Assembly (NCBI GenBank): GCA_043814985.1
Contig: JBDRJK010000001.1
Span: forward strand, 1-64,000
Source of the DNA: Candidatus Aenigmatarchaeota archaeon
GTDB lineage: Archaea; Aenigmatarchaeota; Aenigmatarchaeia; Aenigmatarchaeales; Aenigmatarchaeaceae
Length of the DNA stretch: 64,000 nt
Reading direction: 5' to 3'
Position 1 is the stretch's first letter, and each line of letters begins with the position of its first letter. A program made the translations under genes and the position numbers. The notes beneath the pieces are model-generated. The model worked only from the letters and a program-made list of their open reading frames with translations. It searched no databases and was not told the DNA's origin. Shown here one piece after another: positions 28,060 to 39,231 of the stretch.

Positions 28060-28953
28060 ATGCTGAGTGTCAGACAACAGGTCAAAAGTTTCCTAGAACA
28101 AAACGACTATGCCACTTGTGAGTATAAAGGGTGTTTTGACATAGCAGCACAAAGAAACGTGTTATTATTATTGAAGACCCTGATGAATGTTGATTCTTTC
28201 CAGGAAGAGCAGGCAAAGAACCTAAAAATAATATCAAACAACCTTGACGCGCACCCAATGTTAGTAGGAATCCATACAAGAAGGGAGAAACTGAAGTCCG
28301 GCATTGTCTACGAGAGGTATGATTTACCTACTGTTTCTCTGAAGACCTTCGAGGACTTGATTTGCAACTCAATATACCCGAAAATATACAGAGACAGGGG
28401 GGGCTTGTATGTGGAGATCGACTCGGACGTTCTAAAGGACTCCAGAAAGAGGAAAGGTTTAACACAAAGGGAGCTGGCAGAGGCTGTTGGAATAAACAAG
28501 AAAGTCATCTACGAGCATGAGAAGAAGCAAATAAGGATGATGCTGGCAATTGCTGAGAGGTTGGAGCAGATACTCAATAAAAAAATCATAAAGCCGACAG
28601 AAGTTTTCAAGAGGTACGAGGAGCACGGCTACCCTAAGGACAGATTGGAAAGCGTAATTGGAAAGAATCTTGAAAAAATAGGTTTCAAAACAGACTTTGT
28701 GAAACAGTCTCCCTTTGATGTGTTTGCCAAGGAGAAGGCACTGATCATCTCTGACATTGAACTCAACAGAAGGAAGATGATAAAGCACGCGGCAGACCTG
28801 AAAGACTTCATTAAAGTTGTCAAAAAGCCTGCTGTGCTCATAACCCAAGATTTCAAGGAAGATGAGATACACGGCATTCCTGTAATCAAGAAAAAGGAAC
28901 TGGAAGAAATTGACAAAAGAGAGCTGATAAAGAAGGCCAAGAAGGCAATCTAA
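28060..28953 (+). CDS. archaeal HTH (XRE-type) transcriptional regulator, COG1395-like
   Basis: FDIAA, RGGLYVEID, LTQRELAEAVGINKKVIYEHE and SPFDVFA motifs. Confidence 0.88.
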   Translation: MLSVRQQVKSFLEQNDYATCEYKGCFDIAAQRNVLLLLKTLMNVDSFQEEQAKNLKIISNNLDAHPMLVGIHTRREKLKSGIVYERYDLPTVSLKTFEDLICNSIYPKIYRDRGGLYVEIDSDVLKDSRKRKGLTQRELAEAVGINKKVIYEHEKKQIRMMLAIAERLEQILNKKIIKPTEVFKRYEEHGYPKDRLESVIGKNLEKIGFKTDFVKQSPFDVFAKEKALIISDIELNRRKMIKHAADLKDFIKVVKKPAVLITQDFKEDEIHGIPVIKKKELEEIDKRELIKKAKKAI

Positions 28954-29177
28954 ATCTTGTATCTTTCCCTTAGCTTGTCTATGACAGGCGTGTAGCCCTT
29001 CTTTCTAAGCATTATGAAAATTATTATTACAAGGGAAATTGTTATTAAAAACACGGATGCCTCGAGACTGATGGGCGATGGCATTATAAAATGCCCTGTA
29101 TGGAAGGGCTCTATGTTGACCAGTGTAAAAAACAGTACAATAATGAATAACGCGACAATCAGATTTTCCATTCTCAT
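28950..29177 (-). CDS. small membrane protein
   Basis: 75 aa, two TM. Confidence 0.65.
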   Translation of the reverse strand: MRMENLIVALFIIVLFFTLVNIEPFHTGHFIMPSPISLEASVFLITISLVIIIFIMLRKKGYTPVIDKLRERYKI

Positions 29178-29237
29178 AACAATAATAGAAGCGTAAATCT
29201 TATTAAGGCATCTAACAAATATTGATTTGGTGTTTAT

Positions 29238-29462
29238 ATGGTAGAATGGATAAAAAACCTTACAATAACCTTTGTGACTACTGTTCTTGTAATTACACTG
29301 AGCATAGTTTATTTCGGGTTATTGCTTTGGATAGTTAAGATGTCAAGCGATGCATTCTTCGGACCAGGTCTAGATGCAAACTGGGCTGTTTTCGCAGCTG
29401 CAATAATGTCAGCAGGCACAGTATTAGCAGGCGCCTTGGAAAAGAAACCTTCTAAGAAATAG
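29238..29462 (+). CDS. small membrane protein
   Basis: 74 aa, two TM, GGTG SD, T-tract after the stop. Confidence 0.7.
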   Translation: MVEWIKNLTITFVTTVLVITLSIVYFGLLLWIVKMSSDAFFGPGLDANWAVFAAAIMSAGTVLAGALEKKPSKK

Positions 29463-29525
29463 GCTTTCCTTTTTTTCTTTGATTAATTTTATTAACAGTA
29501 AATCAGTATTCTTATAAGTGAGAGC

Positions 29526-30356
29526 ATGGCAATAACAGACATCATAACACCACTGAACGTAGTAGAAGCTGTAATAGTCATTGTTTCAGCTTATTTGCTC
29601 TCAAGTCTATTCAAGAGGATGCTGATTAAACCTTTGGAGAAGAGGGGTGAGAAAAGAAGCGTCATCATACCAATGAAAAGGGCAATATCCTTAGTAATAT
29701 ACCTGATTGCGTTTGTCTTGATTCTCTATATTTTCGAGATTGACATAACCGCAGCTGTCGCTGGTCTTGGAGTTGGAGCAATAGTCATAGGCTTCGGCCT
29801 GCAGGACATAATAACGAACTGGATATCAGGCATAATAATAACCACGGGAAATATCTACAAGATTGATGATGTCATCAGAATAGGCGACATAACCGGTGTC
29901 GTGAAGGACATAAGACTCAGGTCTACCATACTCACGACATATGACAGGAACGATGTCATAATCCCGAATTCCATGATTGTAAAGGAAAAGGTCATAAACC
30001 TGACTGGAGGGAAGAGAGAGTCTGTGTCCTCGATCAACTTCTCCATAGACTATACCTCTGACACTGAAAAGGCCAAAAAGGTCATAGAAGCCATTCTAAG
30101 GAAAAATGAAAACGTGATAGTCGATGAAAAGAGGAGAAGAGAGATAAGGTTCATCATAAGAAGCAAAGAATGGACTACTGAAATAGAGACTCTCTTCTGG
30201 ATAAACGAGCCCAAAAAAGAGGAATTCATCAAGTCGAGAATCACAGAAGCTATCAAAAAGAGCTTTGAAAAGGAAAACATACTGCCACCTGTTCCAGGAT
30301 TCTTGAGAAAGGACTATCTGGACTCTAAAATCAAGCATGGAAGACGCAAAAGATAA
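29526..30356 (+). CDS. mscS: small-conductance mechanosensitive channel
   Basis: AGLGVGAIVIGFGLQDIITNWISG, GVVKDIRLRST and IIPNS motifs. Confidence 0.92.
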   Translation: MAITDIITPLNVVEAVIVIVSAYLLSSLFKRMLIKPLEKRGEKRSVIIPMKRAISLVIYLIAFVLILYIFEIDITAAVAGLGVGAIVIGFGLQDIITNWISGIIITTGNIYKIDDVIRIGDITGVVKDIRLRSTILTTYDRNDVIIPNSMIVKEKVINLTGGKRESVSSINFSIDYTSDTEKAKKVIEAILRKNENVIVDEKRRREIRFIIRSKEWTTEIETLFWINEPKKEEFIKSRITEAIKKSFEKENILPPVPGFLRKDYLDSKIKHGRRKR

Positions 30357-30364
30357 TCTACTAA

Positions 30365-31147
30365 TCATACAAACTTTGCATATTTCCTAATATCTGCTGG
30401 AGACGACACAACCTCGCTGATTTTCGAACCAGGTATTTCCAGATAATGAGGCCTGCCGCCATACACGTTAGTAGAAGATATCGTGACTACCCTTTTCTGA
30501 GTAATATGGGGCCCTTCACTTGCTAACCTAGGTTGATGGCTTCTTATCAATAGATTGGCTCCAACATTTTTTAACACTGTTTCAGTTATGTCTTCACCAA
30601 ACTCTACTCCAGCCCCTCTCCTGTTATATCGTTCTCCCAACGAATTAGATGGATCGCTCCACAAGATGTCTTCCTCAGACCATGAGGGATTTCTCAAATT
30701 ATCCAGACTTCTTATTCTTGAACTTATACCGCCATGAACAAGCATAATCTCTTGGTCAGCTATCGCAGCCAAACCTAAACCATCAAAGAAAGGCTTCAAA
30801 TGTTCTGAGAAATAAGGCAACCAATAACCGCGTTTATTTTTAACTTCTTTAATCAAATCACATGGATTGAATTTCGGCTCACCGCGATGGTCATAATCTT
30901 CATGGTTTCCCTTGAGAATGACTACATTTTCCCTGTCTTTCAGCTCAACCAACTTCTCATTTATCTCAACACCGTTTTTACCACGGTCAGCATAATCCCC
31001 GAGAAACACAATATAGTTGTTTTCCATGCCATCCCAGCTGCCTAGAATCTTTTCGAAGGAATCCAAGTCACCGTGCAGGTCACCAACCACAGTCAAGCTT
31101 TCTGGATTCTCAATTTTGACCAGCTTTCCTTCCGTATTTCTGACCAT
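30365..31147 (-). CDS. PPP-family Ser/Thr protein phosphatase
   Basis: GDLHG, GDYADRG, GNHE, HGG, LWSDP and RSHQ motifs; start at second Met. Confidence 0.9.
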   Translation of the reverse strand: MVRNTEGKLVKIENPESLTVVGDLHGDLDSFEKILGSWDGMENNYIVFLGDYADRGKNGVEINEKLVELKDRENVVILKGNHEDYDHRGEPKFNPCDLIKEVKNKRGYWLPYFSEHLKPFFDGLGLAAIADQEIMLVHGGISSRIRSLDNLRNPSWSEEDILWSDPSNSLGERYNRRGAGVEFGEDITETVLKNVGANLLIRSHQPRLASEGPHITQKRVVTISSTNVYGGRPHYLEIPGSKISEVVSSPADIRKYAKFV

Positions 31148-31206
31148 AATATTAATTTGGATATAAATTTTAAATAGCCTCAAAACAGTATAATTTCGGT
31201 GTTTTA

Positions 31207-31491
31207 ATGGGTTTAATAAAAGATTTTATGGATTTCGTGAAAAAGCAGAACATTGTATCAGTTGCACTAGGTTTAATTATAGGTTTTGCAGCCAAGACAT
31301 TGATAGACGCTTTGGTAGCAGATCTGATAAGTCCCCTGTACACACCGTATCTGGGGCTTGGAGCTGATGCTGCAATAACAGTAGGCATGTCAGTATTCAA
31401 GATAGGCCACTTCATAGAAGCATTGATCAGTTTTCTGGTGATTCTGCTTGTAGCATTCATTATTGGAAAGAGTATGAACAAGAAAGCGTGA
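31207..31491 (+). CDS. mscL: MscL-family mechanosensitive channel (short)
   Basis: DFMDFVKKQNIVSVALGLIIG...LVADLISP...GHFIEALISF. Confidence 0.85.
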   Translation: MGLIKDFMDFVKKQNIVSVALGLIIGFAAKTLIDALVADLISPLYTPYLGLGADAAITVGMSVFKIGHFIEALISFLVILLVAFIIGKSMNKKA

Positions 31492-31592
31492 ATAAGCTCA
31501 TACTCACCCCTTTTCTTCTTTTTGATTAGATTTAAATAATTTGGAGATATACTTACATACACATATTTTTGTAATAAAAACGAGGTGATAAA

Positions 31593-33248
31593 ATGAGTAA
31601 CGGACAAACACAAATGGGAATGGGAGGACAGCCAATACTAGTGCTACCTGAAGGAACCCTAAGAACCTTGGGAAAGGGTGCCCAGTACACTAACATAGCA
31701 GCTGCAAAAGCTGTGGCAGACGCTGTAAGAACTACACTAGGCCCTAAGGGCATGGACAAGATGCTTGTGGACAACATGGGAGACATTGTTATAACCAATG
31801 ACGGTGTCACAATTCTAGAGGAAATGCAAATAGAGCATCCATCTGCAAAAATGCTTGTTGAGGTTGCAAAGACGCAGAACGAGGAAGTCGGAGACGGCAC
31901 AACAACAGCAGCTGTTTTAGCAGGTGAATTACTGAAAAAGGCAGAAGACCTTTTGGACCAGAACATACATCCAACTGTTATAACAAAGGGCTACAAGCTT
32001 GCCAGGGAAAAGGCATTAAAAATTTTAGACAGTATTTCTGAAAAAATAACGCCCGAAGATGTCAGAGACCTGGAAAAGATAGCAGTTACTGCAATGACAG
32101 GAAAGAGCGCTGAAATGGCTTCAGAGCACTTGGCAAAGCTGAGTGTTGAGGCTGTAATAACTGTCTTAGAGAAGATTGACAGCAAGATAGAGATTGACAA
32201 GGATGATATAAAGCTCAATAAAAAACATGGAGGATCAGCAGATGACACGGAACTGATAAAGGGAGTGATAATTGACAAGGAAGTCGTGCATCCAGGAATG
32301 CCTAAAAGAGTGAAATATGCAAAAATCGCCTTGGTGGACGCTGCTTTGGAAATAGAGAAGACTGAGACAGACGCCCAAATACAGATAACATCCCCTGAAC
32401 AGTTGCAAACCTTCCTAGAACAGGAGGAAAAAATCTTGAAGAACATGGTTGAGAACATTGCCTCTTCTGACTGCAATGTGTTATTTTGCCAGAAGGGAAT
32501 AGACGATGTGGCACAGCACTACCTTTCTAAGAAAGGTATTTTAACAGCCAGAAGAGTTAAGAAGTCAGACATGGAAAAGCTTGCAAGAGCAACTGGCGGA
32601 AGAATAGTCTCAAACCTATCTGACATCTCTGTCAAGGATCTGGGAAGCGCTGGACTTGTTGAGGAAAGGAAAATTTCAGGAGAGGAAATGATCTTTGTAA
32701 GGGACTGTAAGAACCCGAAATCAGTATCAATACTGATCAGGGGCGGGACAGAACATGTTGTCGACGAGGTCGAGAGGGCAATGGAAGATGCCTTAGGAGC
32801 AATCGTGTCTGCTTTGGAAGTCGGCAAAGTAGTTGCAGGCGGAGGAGCTCCTGAAGAGGCTGTGGCAAAGGGTTTGAAGGAATTTTCACAAAGTTATTCA
32901 GGAAGAGAGCAATTGGCCATATTAGCATTTGCAGAAGCAATGGAAGTAATTCCCAGGACTCTAGCAGAAAACGCAGGTTTAGACCCAATAGACATATTAG
33001 TGGAATTAAGGTCTGCACACGATCAGGGCAAGAAGACCTACGGCGTGAATGTCTACACAGGAAAGATAGTAGACATGAAGGCATTGGGTGTCATCGAGCC
33101 TTTGAAAATAAAGACGCAGGCAATAAAATCTGCTGCAGAAGCTGCTGAGATGATATTGAGAATCGACGATATCATATCTGCCGGAAAGTTGAGCAAAGGT
33201 GGAATGCCGCCAATGCCATCAGGAATGCCTGAAATGGGTGGCTACTAG
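31593..33248 (+). CDS. ths: thermosome (group II chaperonin) subunit
   Basis: [28 protein letters not shown] and a Gly/Met-rich tail; GAGGTGA SD. Confidence 0.97.
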   Translation: MSNGQTQMGMGGQPILVLPEGTLRTLGKGAQYTNIAAAKAVADAVRTTLGPKGMDKMLVDNMGDIVITNDGVTILEEMQIEHPSAKMLVEVAKTQNEEVGDGTTTAAVLAGELLKKAEDLLDQNIHPTVITKGYKLAREKALKILDSISEKITPEDVRDLEKIAVTAMTGKSAEMASEHLAKLSVEAVITVLEKIDSKIEIDKDDIKLNKKHGGSADDTELIKGVIIDKEVVHPGMPKRVKYAKIALVDAALEIEKTETDAQIQITSPEQLQTFLEQEEKILKNMVENIASSDCNVLFCQKGIDDVAQHYLSKKGILTARRVKKSDMEKLARATGGRIVSNLSDISVKDLGSAGLVEERKISGEEMIFVRDCKNPKSVSILIRGGTEHVVDEVERAMEDALGAIVSALEVGKVVAGGGAPEEAVAKGLKEFSQSYSGREQLAILAFAEAMEVIPRTLAENAGLDPIDILVELRSAHDQGKKTYGVNVYTGKIVDMKALGVIEPLKIKTQAIKSAAEAAEMILRIDDIISAGKLSKGGMPPMPSGMPEMGGY

Positions 33249-33310
33249 CCCCCTCCATTTTTTTCTTTTTCTTAAGAAGATTTATATATCGGTTTTATAA
33301 AATTATACTT

Positions 33311-33799
33311 ATGCCAGACAATTATGAAAACGATTATGAGATTATACCTGTCACCCCCTTGAAAAAGATGGAAAAAAGATTGGACAAGCTAGAGGGTGCA
33401 GGAACTGTTCCTCAACTACAATCTTTGATAAACCAGATAATAGAGCTAATAAGAAGCAATCAAAAAATAGTGAACGATGTCATACAGGCAAACGTCGAAC
33501 TGAAAAACGAGATGGCAAAGCTGCCTTCAAAGATAGACGAGATGACAACAGAATTGAAAAACTTCATCTCTTTGGTCGAGGCTGCTGGCAAAGAAGAGTT
33601 TTCAGGCCCTAGTCCTGAGATAATGAAGCCTGTGACAAGCGAATTGAAGAAAATGGTCGAGCAGAACCAGAGAATAATGGAAAGCAACCAGGCCATGCTT
33701 GACAAGCTGGATGTTCTCGGGAAAAAGGCCAGGAGAGGCACTCCTGTTTCAGAGCTTTTGACATCCTACCCCAGCGTTAGGTTTAGGAGAGAAAGATAA
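33311..33799 (+). CDS. coiled-coil hypothetical protein
   Basis: 162 aa with heptad-like pattern. Confidence 0.75.
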   Translation: MPDNYENDYEIIPVTPLKKMEKRLDKLEGAGTVPQLQSLINQIIELIRSNQKIVNDVIQANVELKNEMAKLPSKIDEMTTELKNFISLVEAAGKEEFSGPSPEIMKPVTSELKKMVEQNQRIMESNQAMLDKLDVLGKKARRGTPVSELLTSYPSVRFRRER

Positions 33800-33800
33800 A

Positions 33801-34025
33801 ATGTTATTCAGAAACGTTGTAAAGGTAATAGCAGTTTTGGTGGAAATAATACTGGCCCTAGTTATTTTAGTGGTGTTCACAGCATTTGCATTGCAACCAA
33901 CGGAACTTTTAATATTCACAAATGCTCTAATACTGGTAATGATAATGGTACAGTTGTATACTGTAAACACACTAACAGATTTATATGAGGAAATAGATAA
34001 AATAAAGGTGGTGAAAAAGAAATGA
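33801..34025 (+). CDS. small membrane protein
   Basis: 74 aa, two TM, ATGA-coupled to the pilin gene. Confidence 0.7.
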   Translation: MLFRNVVKVIAVLVEIILALVILVVFTAFALQPTELLIFTNALILVMIMVQLYTVNTLTDLYEEIDKIKVVKKK

Positions 34026-34459
34026 AAGGCGTTAGCGCGGTAATAGCAATAATTTTGATTTTGATGATAGTTGTTGCTCTAGCTGCTTTGGCTTACACGT
34101 GGTTCACAGGCATATTCAGTGACTTGACAGCAAGCGCAGGTGAAAGTATAACTCAATCAACATCGCAGATGTCACTGAGTTTTAGCTTAGAATCAGTAAC
34201 ATGTGGTACTGCTGGTTGTCCATCAGGTAGCACATTGACAGTGGTGATTAGAAACACGGGAACTGGAGACATTGTGGCGGATTCTGTAGGTGTATACTTG
34301 GATGAATTCTTCCAAAGCACAACATGCGGATCAGGTGTAGATGTAGATTCATTGGCATCATGCACAGTCACTACGAACAGGATTGGAAATTGTGGTACCA
34401 GTGTAGTGAAAGCAACAATCGGAAGCGGCATAGTAGGAACAAAGACACTTGCATGCTAG
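34022..34459 (+). CDS. archaeal type IV pilin (probable major pilin)
   Basis: class III signal MKG/VSAVIAIILILMIVVALAALAYTWF; VIRNTG motif. Confidence 0.9.
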   Translation: MKGVSAVIAIILILMIVVALAALAYTWFTGIFSDLTASAGESITQSTSQMSLSFSLESVTCGTAGCPSGSTLTVVIRNTGTGDIVADSVGVYLDEFFQSTTCGSGVDVDSLASCTVTTNRIGNCGTSVVKATIGSGIVGTKTLAC

Positions 34460-34617
34460 TTGTACTGGAAAACAAAGCAGATTAATAACTATCATGAAGA
34501 CACAGATAGACTCAGTTATTTTTTATTCTTTTTATTTAATTATTCTTATTTTTTCAATTTAAATATCAGAATGTATTTTTTGCAATTTATTTAAACAAAA
34601 TAACTTAGATAACTATT

Positions 34618-35118
34618 ATGAAAGGGCAGTCTGAGGCAATAGTTTTCATTCTTTTATTTATTGTCAGCATTTTTCTTTTTACATTCGCAGCCCAATGGAG
34701 CAGAAATATTTTCCAGGAGAACATGGATTTTTCAAGGCTCGAGGCCTCGGAAAGGTTCATGAAGGAACTGGACAACGACATCTCGAACATCATAAGATTC
34801 GGGGGCCTGAGGGAAATAGAGTTCAACCTTGATGGAACAGTAGAGCTGGTTGATAGCAGGACAATAGGGATAAGGGTTCCAAGTTCCCTAGATATCCAAA
34901 ATAACTGGGTCAACATATCTGAAGGCGCTTCCTTTATACGGGAAAGGAAGGAGGGGGAAACCATTGTCCTTCACCTGATTTATCCTCAAAGCGACTACAG
35001 GGTAGAGTTCTTCACTGACGGTTCTAGATTGTCCCAGCCATCATATGTGAAACTGGAAAAAAACGACACTTTTTTCGATACAACGACTGTCATTAGAATA
35101 AAAATAAGCTTTGTGTAA
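34618..35118 (+). CDS. pilin-like protein (class III signal)
   Basis: MKG/QSEAIVFILLF. Confidence 0.8.
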   Translation: MKGQSEAIVFILLFIVSIFLFTFAAQWSRNIFQENMDFSRLEASERFMKELDNDISNIIRFGGLREIEFNLDGTVELVDSRTIGIRVPSSLDIQNNWVNISEGASFIRERKEGETIVLHLIYPQSDYRVEFFTDGSRLSQPSYVKLEKNDTFFDTTTVIRIKISFV

Positions 35119-35126
35119 TTATTCTT

Positions 35127-35549
35127 ATGAAAGGGCAGTATCTAACAATAGAATATCTTCTTTTCTTCACAATCGGAGTAATCATGATAGTCTCAGTGTA
35201 CTATATTTTTTCAGGCCTCAACCAGCAGTATGAAAAGGCCACCACAGAATACCAGCTCCAGATGACAGGCCAGATGATAATGGGAAGTGTGATAAATGTG
35301 TTCGAGGCATCAAATTCAACGAACAGCCAAGTGATATATAATCTTACAATACCGACCAAACTATCCAATTGCATCTATTCCATAAGGGAACTTAACGGCT
35401 TCCTGCTATTGGAATGTGTGGAAATAAGAGGCATGAATGCCAATTTAACACTATACAATTTCAATATTAAAATAAAAAATAATATAATATACAGCACAAA
35501 TGGTTTACTGGAAATATATGCCAATGGCGGGGAGATTGATATAAAATGA
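35127..35549 (+). CDS. pilin-like protein (class III signal)
   Basis: MKG/QYLTIEYLLFF. Confidence 0.8.
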   Translation: MKGQYLTIEYLLFFTIGVIMIVSVYYIFSGLNQQYEKATTEYQLQMTGQMIMGSVINVFEASNSTNSQVIYNLTIPTKLSNCIYSIRELNGFLLLECVEIRGMNANLTLYNFNIKIKNNIIYSTNGLLEIYANGGEIDIK

Positions 35550-37334
35550 AAATTGTTTTGAGGAGACCACCAAAAAAAGTAAATCTATACAAAGTTTTCC
35601 ACAAAGCTGTCGATGGATACAAAAACCTGCAAAAAAGGGCCATGGAAAACATGCCGCATGTTCAATTATTGTCCTCAATGATAGGCGAGCCTCCCCAACC
35701 AGGAGCATATGGTCCAATGCCTGGTCTAAAACCTCATATTGGCCTAGGGAAGACGGCAGTTGAAAAAATTGCTGAGGAGGAAAAGGAAAGCGATATAATA
35801 AAAAAGAAGACTCCTTTGGCGTTCAATGAGCCTGAAGTTAATCTAAAGTCTATAAATATTGTTTACACTTTGATACAGTCTGAAGAGAGGGTACCACTTG
35901 CCAGCGCCAACATAAAATGGAGCCGTACGGAAAACTCTCTGATATACTACCTAATCGAACCTGTCCTGAACGACAGTGAAAAGAATTTACTGAAAAGAAT
36001 AAAAACCGCAATAATGGAAAAACTTGACATTGACTTCACATCAATGAGAAAGGGTGAGGCAAGAACTTACCTGAAAAAGAGGTTCGAGGAAACCATAGAC
36101 CTTATGACAGCAGAGCTGCCAGTTGAAAAAAGAAAGCAATTTCTCTACTATGTCGAGAGGGACTTTGTCGGTATGGATAAGATAGAACCCATGATGCAGG
36201 ACCCCAACATAGAGGATATTTCCTGCGACGGTATTGGAATTCCGCTTTTTGTATTTCATAGGAACCCTGTATTAGGAAGCATACAGACAAACGTGAAGTT
36301 TGAAAGCAAGGAAGAGCTTGACACATTTGTCAGCAAGGTTGCACAAAGATGTGGAAAGAATATTTCAATTGCTGTTCCTCTCATTGGAGGCAGCTTGCCT
36401 GACGGTTCCAGAGTTCAGGCAACATTGGGAACAGACATAGCCAGAAGAGGAAGCAACTTTACAATAAGAAAGTTCACAAAAAGGCCTCTGACTCCTATTC
36501 AGTTGATAAATTTCAAGACAATCGACCCGAAGATTGCCGCGTTCCTGTGGCTGTCGATCGAGTACGGAAGGTCTATCTTAATGAGTGGCGGTGTTGCATC
36601 AGGAAAAAACCACTCTACTCAATGCACTGTCACTTTTCATAAGGCCTGAACTTAAGATTGTTTCAATAGAAGACACTGCCGAACTTAAACTGCCACACCC
36701 ACACTGGGTTCCAGGCGTTGCCAGAACAGCAATAACCCAAATAGAGGGGAAGAAGATAGGTGAAGTGGACTTATTCGACTTGTTGAGAGAGTCATTGAGA
36801 CAGAGACCTGACTACCTGATTGTAGGAGAGGTTAGGGGCAGGGAAGCGTATGTACTGTTCCAGCAAATAGCAACAGGGCACTCGAGCATGTCAACCATAC
36901 ACGCTGACTCTATGGAGAGGCTTATGGACAGGCTGACAACACCACCAATTAACCTGCCTGCAACCTTGATTGCAGCTTTGGACATTGTGATATTTATTGT
37001 GAAAATGAAGTACGGACAAACCTATGTAAGAAGGATCAAAAGTATATACGAAGTCACTGGTTTTGATAGGGACAAAAACTTCCCTCTTGTCAATGAAGTA
37101 TACAAATGGAATTCTTTAACAGACAAGTACGATCAAATAAACCCTTCAACTGTTCTAAAAAAAATAACTGAACAATACGGCATTCCGCAAGAAAAACTAA
37201 AAACTGAGATCAAAAACAGGGCGGCAGTAATAAACTGGATGATAGAAAGCAGAATTGAGGACTACGTGGATGTTGCAAAAATAATTAAGCTTTACTACGT
37301 CAGGGCGCAGGACCTATTAGATGCAATTGGATGA
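35546..37334 (+). pseudogene. type IV pilus assembly ATPase (PilB/FlaI/VirB11-like), split by a +1 frameshift at 36604-36609
   Basis: frame 1 reads ...GGVASGK and the next frame continues TTLLNAL...SIEDTAEL...LRQRPDYLIVGEVRG...TGH; A6 run where A5 is needed. Confidence 0.85.
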
Positions 37335-37339
37335 TTTGA

Positions 37340-38218
37340 ATGGATTTGTGGAAAACCCTTAAACCATTGTCATTCAAGTTCTTTGGAAGAAGTCTAGAGC
37401 CCTTTATAGGTTATTTCGATAGCATAAAGCCAGACTTGCAAAGAGCCAACATAGGTCTCAGCCTGCAGGAATACATCTACATAATATTTTTTGTGATGCT
37501 TGGAACCTTCATCATAGAATTCCCCTTCGTAGTCATAATAACATCCCTACTGCTTGGGGATGCCATCAGTGCATTCCTATTATCTTTTACCTTGACTGTC
37601 CTGATTATGATTGTCCAGTTCTTTATATTCTACACTTATCCGAGCATGTCTGCCGGAAGGAGAAGAAAGAGCATAGAAGCTTCATTGTCTTTCGCAACAA
37701 CGTACATGGCAACAATAGCAAGCTCTGGAGCGCCGCCAATAACCATGTTCAAGGTTCTTGCTGACTTCGAAGATTATGGGGAGATGTCAAAGGAGGCGGG
37801 AAAAATCTACACGGACGTGGAAGCCTTTGGAATGGAGCTTGTTGCAGCCATAAGAAAAACTGCAAGGAGAACACCCTCAGAAGAACTAAAGGAGCTTTTG
37901 TGGGGTCTTGACACTATTCTAACAAGCGGCGGTAATGTAAGCGACTTTCTTCATGAGAAGTCCAGACTTTTCATAGCAGAGTACAGGAGAAAACTGGAAA
38001 AGTATTCCAGAACCCTGTCAATGCTCATAGAAGTTTACCTGACTGTTGTACTGATTGGTTCAATATTCTTCATAATCATGACAGCTTTGATGTCAATAAT
38101 AGGAGGCGGTTCAAATCTACTCATGATATTCCTCCAGTTCCTAGTTGTTTTTGTTGTTCTGCCGTTTGTCTCAATAGGTTTCATACTGCTAGTGAAATCA
38201 ATATCGCCAACCATGTGA
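37340..38218 (+). CDS. type II secretion system F / TadC-like pilus membrane platform protein
   Basis: YMATIASSG, AARTPS-like TARRTPSEEL and SGG motifs; TM pattern. Confidence 0.88.
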   Translation: MDLWKTLKPLSFKFFGRSLEPFIGYFDSIKPDLQRANIGLSLQEYIYIIFFVMLGTFIIEFPFVVIITSLLLGDAISAFLLSFTLTVLIMIVQFFIFYTYPSMSAGRRRKSIEASLSFATTYMATIASSGAPPITMFKVLADFEDYGEMSKEAGKIYTDVEAFGMELVAAIRKTARRTPSEELKELLWGLDTILTSGGNVSDFLHEKSRLFIAEYRRKLEKYSRTLSMLIEVYLTVVLIGSIFFIIMTALMSIIGGGSNLLMIFLQFLVVFVVLPFVSIGFILLVKSISPTM

Positions 38219-38222
38219 TAAA

Positions 38223-39230
38223 ATGAATTTTAAAAATATGTTAAGTTTTGGCTCGGGAAAGCCTAAAAAAGGCGGGCCCAAAAAGGAAGGGTTAAACATA
38301 GAGTACAAATATATACCCTTGATAGTAGCAGCTATCATAATCGCCATTGGATTATTTTTCTACGAAATTCCAGCAATAATGTACAACCTCATTGTTCTTG
38401 GGGTCATAATAGGAGTGGCCCCACTAGTACTCATTTCTTATTTTGAATATTCTAGAATCAAGGCAATAGAGGACCAGCTGCCAATTTTCTTGCTTGATCT
38501 GGCCGAGTCACAAAAGGTCGGGTTGACCCTACACGAGTCACTGAAACAAGCAGCAAAAACTGACTACGGCAAGCTGACGCCTGAGATAAGAAAGGTCTAC
38601 AACCAACTGTCATGGGGCTTGAGAGTACAAGACGTGTTTTTGAATTTTTCCAAAAGAATGAAGAAGTCAAAGCTAATAGGAAGGATTGTCAGGATAATAA
38701 ATGAGACCTATATATCCGGAGGGGATATAGGAAGGACAATGGAATCGACCGCATCAGACATAACAGCCATAAAGGAGGCTGAGAAGGAAAGGAAGTCAGT
38801 AACCTCGGAGCACACCTTCATCATGTATGCAATATACTTCATATTCATCGGGATTGTCATTGGTCTTTCCCAGACACTTATACCGCTGTTGAGCATGGGA
38901 GAGCAGGCCGGAGCAGCAGGTGGGGGAATGGGGGGAATATTCGAATTCAAAGACCCCTGCGTGGCATGTGAAGGCAGCGGCAACATATACTGCATAAACT
39001 GCTCGATTTTTGGTGTTGTCTGCCAGATGTTCAGTCTAAAGGAAGGCGGAACATGCTATTACAATGCCTTATTCCTCGTGATGGCAGTTGTGCAGGGCAT
39101 CTTCTCAGGCCTGGTGGCCGGGCAGATAGGTGAGGGCTCTGTTTATGCTGGCGTCAAGCACAGCATTATAATGACAATCTCCGGCTTTGCAATACTTATA
39201 GCCCTAATGCTGTCAGGTTTCATGGGATAA
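38223..39230 (+). CDS. type II secretion system F / TadB/C-like protein
   Basis: LPIFLLDLAESQKVG, DYGKLTPEI, SGGD and QGIFSGLVAGQIGEG motifs. Confidence 0.88.
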   Translation: MNFKNMLSFGSGKPKKGGPKKEGLNIEYKYIPLIVAAIIIAIGLFFYEIPAIMYNLIVLGVIIGVAPLVLISYFEYSRIKAIEDQLPIFLLDLAESQKVGLTLHESLKQAAKTDYGKLTPEIRKVYNQLSWGLRVQDVFLNFSKRMKKSKLIGRIVRIINETYISGGDIGRTMESTASDITAIKEAEKERKSVTSEHTFIMYAIYFIFIGIVIGLSQTLIPLLSMGEQAGAAGGGMGGIFEFKDPCVACEGSGNIYCINCSIFGVVCQMFSLKEGGTCYYNALFLVMAVVQGIFSGLVAGQIGEGSVYAGVKHSIIMTISGFAILIALMLSGFMG

Positions 39231-39231
39231 T

